This document shows, piece after piece, positions 44,242-54,897 of a stretch of 64,000 nt of DNA; position 1 is the stretch's first letter, and every line of letters starts with the position of its first letter. The translations under genes were made by a program, and so were the position numbers. Below the pieces are notes generated by a model. That model was not told the origin of the DNA. It made no database searches and worked only from the letters and a program-made list of their open reading frames with translations. Source of the DNA: a virus; IMG/VR virus record IMGVR_UViG_3300022821_000013, positions 1-64,000 of that record. One strand, 5' to 3'.

Positions 44242-45798
44242 TTACATTGTAAATTTATAAACTGATGTTGTACCATCAAATTCAATTATAATCATAAAAT
44301 ACATACCACTATTATAACCTGATATGTCTATAGTTGGTTGTACAGAGTTACCACTAACTTCATATACGACCTGTCCTATATAATTAGCTATATATAGATG
44401 TGATACTGTTCTTGGATTATCAATAGTAATTATACCATTGCTAATAGAACTATATACACTTATATCTTGAATATTATTTTTATCTTCTATTTCAACACTT
44501 AAAGGTATATCCTTAATTAAAGTAACCAATATATTAACTGTATCTGGCTTAACGCTCTTTAAGCTATCAATAACAATAGCCATATCATCAATTACTTTAT
44601 ATAAACTATCTTCTTTACATTCATCTATAATAGTAACTAAACCAGTTTCAACATTCAATTCCGTATATACATCATCAGTAACAAATTTGAACTTTAACGT
44701 TGAATCCATTGGATTAACTGTATATTTGTAATTAGTTTGTAATTGCCAATTAGTATTTATTTTGGTAAATGTTTCTGATGAATTACGCTGAACATATACA
44801 TATACATATCTAAAGTTAGTAGAATACGCCCAAGCAAACTCTATAACATCAGTAACTTTATATATACTTCCGATTGGACCAACTTCAAACCACTTGTATT
44901 GACTTTTGATTGTAACTTCATTTAACTTATAGCCCCACTCAGTATAAAACTCTAATAATATAGTTTCATCTATACCAATTGAAGTTGTATATTCATATAC
45001 AGATTGGTTATAAGGTATAATACCATACTCAACACCATCTTTATAAACTACTATATGCGTATATTCTGATATTCTATTTGAGTTAATTAATAATTGTACT
45101 TTCTGACCATCTTTATAAGTTGATAGTTCAACTTCATTCTTATTGATTACATATAACTCTGCATTTACAAACGTAGCATTTTGTGTCTTTGCTATTGCAT
45201 AATTAATACCGTCATAAGCAAGTCTAAATTTAACATCTTGCATAGCAAATTCATTATGAACTGCTATAGTTTTAGATGCTACATCAACATCACCCAATCC
45301 AGTCCATGTACCTGATGCTAATTTATATTGTAGTTCTAATCTACTTGGAACTGTACTAATATCAATATCCCAAGTTAAATAGAATATATCATCATACCAA
45401 ATAGTATCTATGTTATTGAATGTACCTGATGCATAAATGACATTTATATCTACATCTGTAACGTCAGTTGGTAATATTGAGAATGTTCCAGAATTTCTAT
45501 TTCCTGTGTGTATTCCAAGTTTACCATTTGAAATTAATCTATCGGGTATATATTCTACCGATATAGTATTTGAGTTTCCCCAACCAAATGTATTAGATAT
45601 TTTAGTCCATGTATTAGATGCTACATCTAACTCAGAAATATAAAAATCTGTTGGTGTGTTTGTTTCAATTACTTCTAATTGATATTCAACATCATAAAAA
45701 TATTCCGATTTATTCGCTGTTTGTTGCTCGAACGTTTGTTCTGCATTTACATTGGTAGCGATTACCAGTAATAATGATAATATTAATTTGTTTATCAT
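44242..45798 (-). CDS. secreted beta-rich protein with T9SS type A C-terminal sorting domain
   Basis: Signal peptide MINKLILSLLLVIATNVNA; C-terminal GIITI...IANYIGQVV...TIDISGYNSGMYFM...KF. Confidence 0.8.
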   Translation of the reverse strand: MINKLILSLLLVIATNVNAEQTFEQQTANKSEYFYDVEYQLEVIETNTPTDFYISELDVASNTWTKISNTFGWGNSNTISVEYIPDRLISNGKLGIHTGNRNSGTFSILPTDVTDVDINVIYASGTFNNIDTIWYDDIFYLTWDIDISTVPSRLELQYKLASGTWTGLGDVDVASKTIAVHNEFAMQDVKFRLAYDGINYAIAKTQNATFVNAELYVINKNEVELSTYKDGQKVQLLINSNRISEYTHIVVYKDGVEYGIIPYNQSVYEYTTSIGIDETILLEFYTEWGYKLNEVTIKSQYKWFEVGPIGSIYKVTDVIEFAWAYSTNFRYVYVYVQRNSSETFTKINTNWQLQTNYKYTVNPMDSTLKFKFVTDDVYTELNVETGLVTIIDECKEDSLYKVIDDMAIVIDSLKSVKPDTVNILVTLIKDIPLSVEIEDKNNIQDISVYSSISNGIITIDNPRTVSHLYIANYIGQVVYEVSGNSVQPTIDISGYNSGMYFMIIIEFDGTTSVYKFTM

Positions 45799-46026
45799 AA
45801 CTAACCTAAAAATTTAACAACTATAAATAAATATAAGTTAAAATTTTAATTCCTTTAAATAAAGCCGAGTTTTAAGTCGGCTAATTTATAATTAATCTTT
45901 CTTAATATTAAAAAACCTAAGTTTCCACCTTTTATTTTCGTATTGTGCTCCATAAATACCAAAAAGATATTCATCTGCATTCATCATAATCGCCATTTAC
46001 ACCATCCTAATATTCATCAATAGATT

Positions 46027-46341
46027 TCATAGCCGCCTTTGTCTTATAGTTCTATTTTCAATTTCTTCTAAAAACTCATCTGGTAATCTAGGAATTTCAG
46101 ACCAATATAAAATATCTTGTCCGAAGTATGTGGATGGTCCAAAAGTCTTCCAGTTGTAATCCCTCTTGTTATTACTTTCATTTTTAGCTTTATTCCGCCA
46201 CATAATAACTGACCTATGATACATATCTTCAGGATACTCCCAATTATCTCCGTGATACCATCCAATAACACATTTACCAAATTCTGGTAAACTGTCAGAT
46301 GTACGATTCCATTTAAACTCACGTGTTTTTTGACTAAACAT
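46027..46341 (-). CDS. DUF551-like hypothetical protein
   Basis: WNRTSDSLPE...WSEIPRLP pattern. Confidence 0.6.
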   Translation of the reverse strand: MFSQKTREFKWNRTSDSLPEFGKCVIGWYHGDNWEYPEDMYHRSVIMWRNKAKNESNNKRDYNWKTFGPSTYFGQDILYWSEIPRLPDEFLEEIENRTIRQRRL

Positions 46342-46394
46342 TTAGTCTCCTGTAATTAATTAATATTAAATACTACATGTATTTATTTATTTTA

Positions 46395-46425
46395 CAAACT
46401 TACAAAAAAGAAATTACTATTCCAA
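46395..46425 (-). promoter_or_regulatory. Bacteroidota-type promoter
   Basis: TTG-N20-TAAGTTTG. Confidence 0.78.
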
Positions 46426-46584
46426 ATTATTTATTTCCATAGTATCATATTTTAATTTTACATTGATACCTGAACCACCAGTAAAATAATCACTAATATC
46501 AAAATCATGATCAGACATAATAATATATACTATATCTAATATAACGTATTTACGATATACAATAGTTTCATACACAACACCTAC

Positions 46585-46809
46585 CTAATTTAGACGTGTT
46601 ACAGTTATATCATGTACATTTCTATCAGTACCAAATGTGTTTATTAAGAACACATCAACATTATCCTCTATAGAATTATATAAGTTAACTTCTAACGTTT
46701 TATCCTTTACTGACGTTAGAGCAACTCTACATATATCATATTCTGGTATTTCATTATACCATTTAGTCACTACACAGCTCAAATCTTTATCTTTGAATAT
46801 TCCAAACAT
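46585..46809 (-). CDS. hypothetical protein
   Basis: 74 aa ORF on the coding strand. Confidence 0.55.
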   Translation of the reverse strand: MFGIFKDKDLSCVVTKWYNEIPEYDICRVALTSVKDKTLEVNLYNSIEDNVDVFLINTFGTDRNVHDITVTRLN

Positions 46810-46830
46810 AATCTTATACCCACTTATTAA

Positions 46831-48249
46831 TTATAAAATAAAATCTTTTTTTGAATCATCGAAATTCTCATCAGTTGCGAAAGTTATAGATTGTCTTTCT
46901 GATAACTTGCTATATATTGATGACACTGTTGTCTTCTTACTTTTTAATAAAACATCATCTTCTATTTTTAATTTGTCCATTAACACCTTAACATTTTTAG
47001 ATGTAACATAACCAAATTTAAAATTACCTATCAATCTACCTTCTCTTAGAATAGCTTTATCTATATCAAATTTATCAGTATTAAATGTTAATATCATTTG
47101 TATCTTCAAAGCACTATTTAATATACCATCAGTTGAGTTTAATAGATTGGATATACCATTTGATACATTACCATTATCTCTACTTAATAATATCGATTCT
47201 GCCTCTTCGACGATTAATAATATATTCTCCTTTACGTCCTTATTCTGAGCTGATAGCTCAGTTAGAAAGCCAATAAACGAAGGATCAGTTAAGTTATTAA
47301 TCATATTAGGCTGTACAAATATAACACATTTATTATCTAATCTACGTAACATATGCTTTATACAATAAGACTTACCAGAACCAGGTACACCGTGAAATAA
47401 CACGATTCCTTTAGTTGATGTTCTTATATTAGAAACTAAACTTTCATATCTATCTTCAAACCCATCACCATAATGAATATCCAAATCTTCAAATTTATCA
47501 TTTATATAATCTAATTTTATAGATTTCAATGTAAATCCAGAATGTGTTGTGCTTATTAAATTAACATATTCAGTCTTATTGATAATATCATTATATGATA
47601 TAGTTGCTTTGGAAAAATACCCTATTATAGAATTATATACATCTATAGAATCTTGTATTTTATCTGCACCATAAGGATTTATATCTAAAGTAATTGAACC
47701 TATATAAGAATCATTTAATGTTTCTGAATCGTAATCATCATCGTAATATATATCATCGTCATCTGTATCAACTTGATATTTAGTATCATCATTTAAACCC
47801 ATTATATTAATTGTTAATATACAAGGCAAACCATTTAATGTATACTTAAAGTCTAAATATAAATCTCTATTTATTTTACCACGCATCCCTATCAATGAGA
47901 AACCAAGTGATAATATTTCATCTAATACAGAATCGTCGTATTTGTGAACTACTCGTTTTTTACTTTTAAAACTATTATTTAAAATGGAAGTTATATCAAT
48001 TGTTATTGGTGTATTAAGACCACCAGAAGTTATGAACCTACGTTTTATCAATGTAGAATTAGAGTTAGTATCATAATCCAACGTAACAATAGCATTAGCA
48101 TCGTCATCACGTGACAATTTATTAGTTATATCTATTTTTGATATTAATTTAAGAATACTCTTATACATTCTATTAGTTAATATATTATTATGTATTGTAT
48201 TAGAGTTTATTTTTTCTATACTACTATTAGTTCCATTTGATATTAACAT
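46831..48249 (-). CDS. AAA+ ATPase
   Basis: GIVLFHGVPGSGKS, LLIVEEAE, LLNSTDG, IDKAILREGR. Confidence 0.9.
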   Translation of the reverse strand: MLISNGTNSSIEKINSNTIHNNILTNRMYKSILKLISKIDITNKLSRDDDANAIVTLDYDTNSNSTLIKRRFITSGGLNTPITIDITSILNNSFKSKKRVVHKYDDSVLDEILSLGFSLIGMRGKINRDLYLDFKYTLNGLPCILTINIMGLNDDTKYQVDTDDDDIYYDDDYDSETLNDSYIGSITLDINPYGADKIQDSIDVYNSIIGYFSKATISYNDIINKTEYVNLISTTHSGFTLKSIKLDYINDKFEDLDIHYGDGFEDRYESLVSNIRTSTKGIVLFHGVPGSGKSYCIKHMLRRLDNKCVIFVQPNMINNLTDPSFIGFLTELSAQNKDVKENILLIVEEAESILLSRDNGNVSNGISNLLNSTDGILNSALKIQMILTFNTDKFDIDKAILREGRLIGNFKFGYVTSKNVKVLMDKLKIEDDVLLKSKKTTVSSIYSKLSERQSITFATDENFDDSKKDFIL

Positions 48250-48303
48250 CGATCACCTTATTATTAATTAAAAATAATAGAGAGTGTTTCCACTCTCATT
48301 AAA

Positions 48304-51300
48304 TCACCCACATTTACTAGAGCCACAATCTAAACAAGTAAGACACCCATCCTGATATGCTAAATTTGTGGATTTGCATTCGGAACATTCATGCCCAGTT
48401 ACAACTTCCAAATCATTTATATATCGTTTAAGTATACGTTTAACACCTGATTTCCATGATGTTATAATATCACCATCTAAATTAAGACCATCTAATAAAT
48501 CAACCACATATTTGATTGGCATACCATGCCTTAAAATAGCACTTACAATTCTACTAACATCATCGAATTCCTTAATCCCATACATTTTCAAATCAATAGT
48601 TGTAATTCTATCATCACCCTTCATATATATAAATATATATTCTGATTTACCGTTTATTTTGGTTCGTTCAATCCAACCATTAGTAACATTATTAAGATTA
48701 AAATCTATATTATCAACTGGAATGGTAAATAGTTCGTATGGCTTATCATTATATAATCCAACAAAACCAAACCATTTAGTACCATTAGATGTAAAATGAA
48801 TAACATCACAATTTATTGTTTTGGGTCGTTTTGGTGCTTTAGTATCTTCAAATAAATCAATTTTAGTATCATTATTTGAAATTAAAACTCCACTACGAGA
48901 TCCATCTCTATATATAGTACACCCCTTACATCCACTTTCCCAAGCAGTCAAATATATTTTATCAACTGTATCCTCATCAATATCATTTGGTAAATTAACC
49001 GTTACTGATATTGAGTGATCTACCCATTTCTGTATTTCACCTTGCATCTTAACTTTCTCCACCCAATTAACATCATTTGATGTTGCTTTATAATATGGAG
49101 ACATAGATATTATAATATTAATCGTATTTTCATCTAAACCTACAAGATATTCTTTACATTGATTATAATCCCATGATTCACTTATAACATCATTAGTTAT
49201 ATTAGAACGTATGTCATTCTGATTGTAAAAGAACCAATCTATGAATTTATGGTGAAATACATTAAATTCCATCCATTTATCACCTAATTCATCTACAAAA
49301 TCAACACGTGTATTTCTATCAGTTGGATTTATTTTTCTTCGTCTTCTATATGAAACTAAAAACACAGGTTCAACCCCAGATGAAGTCTGTGTCATCATTG
49401 ATACAGTTCCAGTTGGAGCAATAGTTAGTAACCCAATATTACGTCTTCCATATTTCAATAAGTCATCTTTTATAGATGGGTCAGATTCTAATATCCTATT
49501 TATAAATGGATTGTCTTTCTCTATATCCCAATCCCATATTGGAAAATTACCTCTATCTTTTGCTAATTGAACTGATTCCCTGAATACATTTATAGCATAA
49601 CGTTTATGAACTTCTACTGAAAATTCAGTAGCAGGTGGAGTTCCATATATTAATCCCATAGCAGCTAACATATCACCTTCACCAGTAACACCTATACCAG
49701 TTCGCCTACCCATCTCACATTTATATTTAATTTTAGTCCATAAATCAATTTCAGTTTGCTTGGTATTAATATCTTCAGGGTCTAAATTTATTTTTTCTAA
49801 TATAGAATCAATTTTTTCTAATTCCAAATCAACTATATTATCCATTATTCTCATAATATATTTAGAATGTTCATCGAATAATTCCCAATCAAATTCAGCG
49901 TGTTTTGTAAATGGATTTTTAACGTAACTATATAAATTTAAAGCAGTTAATCTACAACTATCATATGGAGGTAAAACAATTTCACCACATTGGGCAGTGA
50001 ATACACCTATCATATTATTATGTCCAATTGAATTTTCTTTTATATCAGTTATAAATGCCAATGTATGATTATCATCAACAGTTATATTATATACATCTTC
50101 ATAACCATATATCTCTACAGATTTTACTTTGTGGTTATAATCAATGGATTTATATTTTAATTCTTTATATGTTTTAAATGGTGAATTAGGTCCAAATCTA
50201 AATGGAATATTATTTGTTTTACATCGTTCCTCCCACTCTACTTTGAGTGGGGTTCTATCCAATTCAAATTTCAAATCAGAATATATCTTAATTTGTAAGT
50301 CTTTATGTTTAATTTTAGTATCACTTGCTTGTCTACGAAGACCATTTAAATTAGAGTTATCTGGTTTAGACCATGAATTCAAAGTAGAACATTTACGTGA
50401 ACAAAATGTAGACTCTTTTGCATCATACGTAGTGTGGAATTCAGAGTTGCAATTTTCACATTTTTTATTAATGTAAACCTTACCTGTATCTATAAATACA
50501 TCCAAATTCAAATCCATACCTTTATGTAATGTTTTAACTACTCTAGGATCAACATCATTATATTCACCAAATCCAAGTTTATTTGCTGCCCACACTGATA
50601 AATCGTTTAAATCATACCCTAAAGTATCAACTCTCCATTTTGATAATGACTGTGGTATACCTTTCGATTTAGCAAATGTTGACCATTCCTTATAAGAAAA
50701 TCTTCTTCTGAGTGTACTCGTTAAATCCAACGCATATTCTTTAATGTCTTCATTTGTAAATCCAGAGTATTTTCCATTCTTTTCTCCTTGTGTATCATTA
50801 TCAGCATGATACTTGGCATGTTCTCTGAATGTCATAATCTCTAGATTATCAGGTGAATTATTTAATCCATTATAATCTTTATGATGTACAACCAAGCCAC
50901 CATTAACCCAACCATTAACCTTATTTGCATTGTATTTTTCAGACCATAATTCTGGATTGTTATATTTAGCAATTAACTTATGCTCAAATAATTTATCAAT
51001 CGTAGAATCTTTGGTATTAGTATTAATTCTATAATATGGATTAGTATTATTCTTTGATATGCGTTCTGAACGTTTAGTAAACCTCATTAAACTATCACCA
51101 CATTTCAAATCCTTAGCCTCTATTTTAGTACCATCATATAATAAAAATTTATGATTTGTAGTTGTCTTAATAGATGAGCCATCATCAAGTGTTATTTTTA
51201 GAATTTGTCTATCATTAACAGTTAGTCTTGGATTCCTACCCATTTTAATATCTACTTTCCCAGTGATTGGATCTACACTATAAACAGGAACATCTTCTCC

Positions 51301-52353
51301 AATCTCAGCTAATTCTCGTATAGGAACACTATTTCTACCATCTGCAACCGCAACTAATGTATCCCCAGTCACACATGGATTTGTACTTACATCTCCAAAA
51401 CCATATTCTTTATAACAATTACCAATTGATTCAGATAACATTTTATCCCAAAACATTACTCCTGGTTCTGCACTATTCCAAGCATTATGAATTATTTTAG
51501 ACCATATATCCCTTGCTATTATTTTATTTCTTAATTCAGTCCCATCATTATATTTAAAAACTAAATCATAACATATTTTATTCTCTAATTCATCAAGTTT
51601 AGTCTGTTCTGAATCAGTTATATCTAATTTATCACGTAACGTTTTATATAAATCTACATCTTCTTGGTTTGTTCGTTTGACAATAAACATAAATTCATCT
51701 AACATTTTAACTGATACATTAGCACCAGTTACCTTACCACTTTCCATTTTAGCATCTATAAAATCACCTACATCTGGATGCGAAACCAAAATAGATAGCA
51801 TAAGTGCACCTCTCCTACCATCTTGACCAACTTCCCTTGTAGAATTTGAATATCGTTCCATAAATGGAACTACACCTGTGGATGTTTTAGCTGAATTGTT
51901 CACAGGGCTATGTTTGGGTCTTATATGAGATAAATCATGACCAACCCCAGCTCTCCTCTTCATTAGATGTACTTGTTCTTCATCTATTTTAAGTATAGAT
52001 CCATATGAATCTTCATCATTACCAATAACAAAGCAATTACTTATACTTATAGTTTGTAAATCATTTCCTATGCCAAACATAGGACTTCCTTGTGGGATTA
52101 TATATTTAAATCTATCAAATAAATTGAAATAAAAAGCTGAATCCTTCGCATTTGGATATTTATTATCGATTCTAGAAATTTCATCCGATAACCTCCAATG
52201 CATATTTTCTGGATTTAACTCATAATAAATATTATCTTTATTCAATGAATATTTCGAAATCCAAGTTGTGGCTGAAATATCTTCATTGTTAAAATAGTTT
52301 TTTGTACTTTCTAATAAATCATCGTATGAATATGTATTCTGACTTATATCCAT
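48304..52353 (-). CDS. nrdJ: class II (B12-dependent) ribonucleotide reductase with intein
   Basis: SNCFV, QDGRRGALM, AEPG, TNP[intein]CGE, TIAPTGT, KGCTIYRDGSR, C-terminal TSCPD-like domain and Zn ribbon; no small subunit adjacent. Confidence 0.93.
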   Translation of the reverse strand: MDISQNTYSYDDLLESTKNYFNNEDISATTWISKYSLNKDNIYYELNPENMHWRLSDEISRIDNKYPNAKDSAFYFNLFDRFKYIIPQGSPMFGIGNDLQTISISNCFVIGNDEDSYGSILKIDEEQVHLMKRRAGVGHDLSHIRPKHSPVNNSAKTSTGVVPFMERYSNSTREVGQDGRRGALMLSILVSHPDVGDFIDAKMESGKVTGANVSVKMLDEFMFIVKRTNQEDVDLYKTLRDKLDITDSEQTKLDELENKICYDLVFKYNDGTELRNKIIARDIWSKIIHNAWNSAEPGVMFWDKMLSESIGNCYKEYGFGDVSTNPCVTGDTLVAVADGRNSVPIRELAEIGEDVPVYSVDPITGKVDIKMGRNPRLTVNDRQILKITLDDGSSIKTTTNHKFLLYDGTKIEAKDLKCGDSLMRFTKRSERISKNNTNPYYRINTNTKDSTIDKLFEHKLIAKYNNPELWSEKYNANKVNGWVNGGLVVHHKDYNGLNNSPDNLEIMTFREHAKYHADNDTQGEKNGKYSGFTNEDIKEYALDLTSTLRRRFSYKEWSTFAKSKGIPQSLSKWRVDTLGYDLNDLSVWAANKLGFGEYNDVDPRVVKTLHKGMDLNLDVFIDTGKVYINKKCENCNSEFHTTYDAKESTFCSRKCSTLNSWSKPDNSNLNGLRRQASDTKIKHKDLQIKIYSDLKFELDRTPLKVEWEERCKTNNIPFRFGPNSPFKTYKELKYKSIDYNHKVKSVEIYGYEDVYNITVDDNHTLAFITDIKENSIGHNNMIGVFTAQCGEIVLPPYDSCRLTALNLYSYVKNPFTKHAEFDWELFDEHSKYIMRIMDNIVDLELEKIDSILEKINLDPEDINTKQTEIDLWTKIKYKCEMGRRTGIGVTGEGDMLAAMGLIYGTPPATEFSVEVHKRYAINVFRESVQLAKDRGNFPIWDWDIEKDNPFINRILESDPSIKDDLLKYGRRNIGLLTIAPTGTVSMMTQTSSGVEPVFLVSYRRRRKINPTDRNTRVDFVDELGDKWMEFNVFHHKFIDWFFYNQNDIRSNITNDVISESWDYNQCKEYLVGLDENTINIIISMSPYYKATSNDVNWVEKVKMQGEIQKWVDHSISVTVNLPNDIDEDTVDKIYLTAWESGCKGCTIYRDGSRSGVLISNNDTKIDLFEDTKAPKRPKTINCDVIHFTSNGTKWFGFVGLYNDKPYELFTIPVDNIDFNLNNVTNGWIERTKINGKSEYIFIYMKGDDRITTIDLKMYGIKEFDDVSRIVSAILRHGMPIKYVVDLLDGLNLDGDIITSWKSGVKRILKRYINDLEVVTGHECSECKSTNLAYQDGCLTCLDCGSSKCG
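49990..51375 (-). mobile_element. 462-aa intein with HNH endonuclease, Gln-terminated
   Basis: Begins CVTGDTLVAV, block B TTNHKF, HNH VHHKDYNGLNNSPDNLEIM, block F VYNITVDDNH, ends FTAQ/CGE. Confidence 0.92.
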
Positions 52354-52412
52354 TAATTAACCTCTAAATTTTAAAATTATACTTATCGTGGATAGATAAA
52401 TATAGTCAAATT

Positions 52413-53783
52413 TCAATAACGTGCAGAATGTTTTATTTTATCATTAAATGTAGTTCTTGCATTCCGTTTTAAGTTGTTTAATTTCGTAGTTTCATTATTA
52501 ATATCAGCTTCTCCTGTTGAATTTATCAATCCATTTTCAAGAACAAAATCAAAATCTACTAAGAATTTATCCTTACCAAATCTATTTTTGATATTCCATA
52601 ATCTACCTACTTCTTCTTCTTCTTCATTTCTATTCCAAGAAAATACAATATCACATATATCAATCTTACCAATATGCTCCTTAACATGGTATTCTTTGAT
52701 TACATCTGATTTCATACCTTCTCTGTTTGATTGCGTCACTATAACAACAGGAATATCATAATCCGTAGCTATAGCCTTACACCCTTTATATATAGCATCC
52801 AAATTAACAGCTTCACCATTACTAGTTAGTAAATCTGGATAATCTAATATTACTATATTAGGTTTTATGTTCTTTTGAATTTTAGTTTCTATGTTGGAAC
52901 GTATCATAGCTATTGTAGCTTGTCCAGGTGAATAATATGTTAAGTCAATATTACCCTTTATAGATTGAATTGTATTGATGAATTGTATTTTATTCTCATC
53001 TTCATCTGGTAATCGCATTATAGCCTCTATCTCTGAATCTTCTAATGTAGTTGTTATAATATCATATCTACGACCAACATAGTCAGTTGATAACTCTAAC
53101 GTATAATGAGCAACTCTATATCCATTCATAGACGCATATTGACCTATATCACATAATAACCAAGATTTACCTCTACCAGACGCACCTATAAACATAGTTA
53201 ATGAACCAGATGGTAAACCACCCTTTATTTTATCATTTACATGTTTCCAACGTGTTGGTATAGATGATAATTTGTCTTCTTTATATCTATTATGTATATC
53301 TTCTTTATAATCGACATCATCATCATTTATATTACCAGCTACCATAGCTTTACCTATGATATTGAATATCTCTTCGAATTTTTTCTCTTCTAATAAATCA
53401 GCTGATTTCCATAATGCAAGTGTCATGTTAGCATTAACACAAAATTTTAATGTATCATCTTTGATATATTGTAAGTCTGGAGCTGTATAATATTCTTTTA
53501 TTGATAATATTGATTTTTTTACTTGCGTCTTAAATTGTTCATTTTCTTCTTTATTTAATTCATTGGCTAAAAATGATATATTTGGTATATTTTTATACTT
53601 CTCATAATAACCATTTATTAATTTTAATACCCATTGTAATGAATCACTATCCAAATAATTATATTTTAGTATAGGTAACACCTTCTTAGCATATGATGCA
53701 TCAGTTAATATAGATGATATTATCTTCTCTTGAAATTCAAGATCATATTCTAGTTTAAGTGTTAATTCATTTTGTTCAGACAT
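52413..53783 (-). CDS. DnaB-like replicative helicase (gp41-like)
   Basis: GASGRGKS, HYTLEL, VILDYPDL, TQSNR, KNRFG; start set at MSEQ after AAGGAG. Confidence 0.9.
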   Translation of the reverse strand: MSEQNELTLKLEYDLEFQEKIISSILTDASYAKKVLPILKYNYLDSDSLQWVLKLINGYYEKYKNIPNISFLANELNKEENEQFKTQVKKSILSIKEYYTAPDLQYIKDDTLKFCVNANMTLALWKSADLLEEKKFEEIFNIIGKAMVAGNINDDDVDYKEDIHNRYKEDKLSSIPTRWKHVNDKIKGGLPSGSLTMFIGASGRGKSWLLCDIGQYASMNGYRVAHYTLELSTDYVGRRYDIITTTLEDSEIEAIMRLPDEDENKIQFINTIQSIKGNIDLTYYSPGQATIAMIRSNIETKIQKNIKPNIVILDYPDLLTSNGEAVNLDAIYKGCKAIATDYDIPVVIVTQSNREGMKSDVIKEYHVKEHIGKIDICDIVFSWNRNEEEEEVGRLWNIKNRFGKDKFLVDFDFVLENGLINSTGEADINNETTKLNNLKRNARTTFNDKIKHSARY

Positions 53784-53813
53784 ACATCTCCTTGTTCGCA
53801 ATTATTATAATTA

Positions 53814-53844
53814 CAAACTTACACAATAATATTTAAAAATGCAA
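53814..53844 (-). promoter_or_regulatory. Bacteroidota-type promoter
   Basis: TTG-N20-TAAGTTTG. Confidence 0.75.
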
Positions 53845-53847
53845 ATT

Positions 53848-54897
53848 TTATTTTTTAGATAGTATAGAATCTAATCTTACGAATGATCTATTTATCCAAT
53901 TGTCGAATTGAAAGAATGATTTTGTCACTCCATCATTTATAATTAGTTCTCTAAGTTTAGTAGAGTTAAGTCGATTACTATATTTTATTTCTGTGAATAG
54001 GTTTCTTATCGTCATAACAGACTTAACATCTATTATTGGTTCCGATAAATCCATCATATCCAAGTTACGCTCAAATAAATCCAAACTATTATTCATTTTA
54101 TTAAATGTTTTATCATCTAAATTAGTAGCAAATTCCTCTATTCCAACTCTATTAGGGCTTTTAAGGAATGAAAATGATTTTTTCATAGTTTCTTTTCCTA
54201 TACCTTTAACTCCTTTTAAATTATCAGATATATCACCTATTATAGCTTTATAATAAACAAAGTTTTTAGGTGTACAATTGAATGTATTTATAACATGTTC
54301 TTTATTTATAAGAATCTTGGTAGTTGGATTAAAAACATTACATTTATCAGGTTCTATCAATTGATAAAAATCTTGATCTGTAGATACAATAACACATTTT
54401 TTATATTCTAACTTCGTTGCTATATATGCAATCGTATCGTCAGCTTCTATATTATCAATTGAGATTATAGTAACTGGTAAATTATATAGATAATCTATTA
54501 ATCGTTTAAATTGTAGTATCATTGATTCTTCTTCATCAACACCCTCAGACGTTTCCTCTCGATTGTAGCGTTTTATTTTGCCTCTGTTAGCTTTATACCC
54601 AGAATACATCTTCTTACGTCTGTTAGAGCCACCAACACCATCAAAGACTATAACTACTCTTGATGGTGCTAAGGTTCTAATCATATATTCTAAAGATATT
54701 AAGAATCCCACATACCCACCTACATAATAACCATTATCATTTATCTGTGATGCCTTTATAAAACACGCTTTGTATCTATTGGTACCATCTAATATAAGAA
54801 CATTGTCATTTAATTCAGTTGATATGTCAAGTCCGTTAGGTAATAATATATCTTTAATCGTCATCAATACCTTTCTGATATGATACGGTTTCGTCAT
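53848..54897 (-). CDS. 5'-3' exonuclease / flap endonuclease (T4 RNase H-like)
   Basis: LILDG, VFDG, YKANR, EADD, STDQD, GDISDNLKGVKGIG; true start probably at MTIKD. Confidence 0.92.
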   Translation of the reverse strand: MTKPYHIRKVLMTIKDILLPNGLDISTELNDNVLILDGTNRYKACFIKASQINDNGYYVGGYVGFLISLEYMIRTLAPSRVVIVFDGVGGSNRRKKMYSGYKANRGKIKRYNREETSEGVDEEESMILQFKRLIDYLYNLPVTIISIDNIEADDTIAYIATKLEYKKCVIVSTDQDFYQLIEPDKCNVFNPTTKILINKEHVINTFNCTPKNFVYYKAIIGDISDNLKGVKGIGKETMKKSFSFLKSPNRVGIEEFATNLDDKTFNKMNNSLDLFERNLDMMDLSEPIIDVKSVMTIRNLFTEIKYSNRLNSTKLRELIINDGVTKSFFQFDNWINRSFVRLDSILSKK

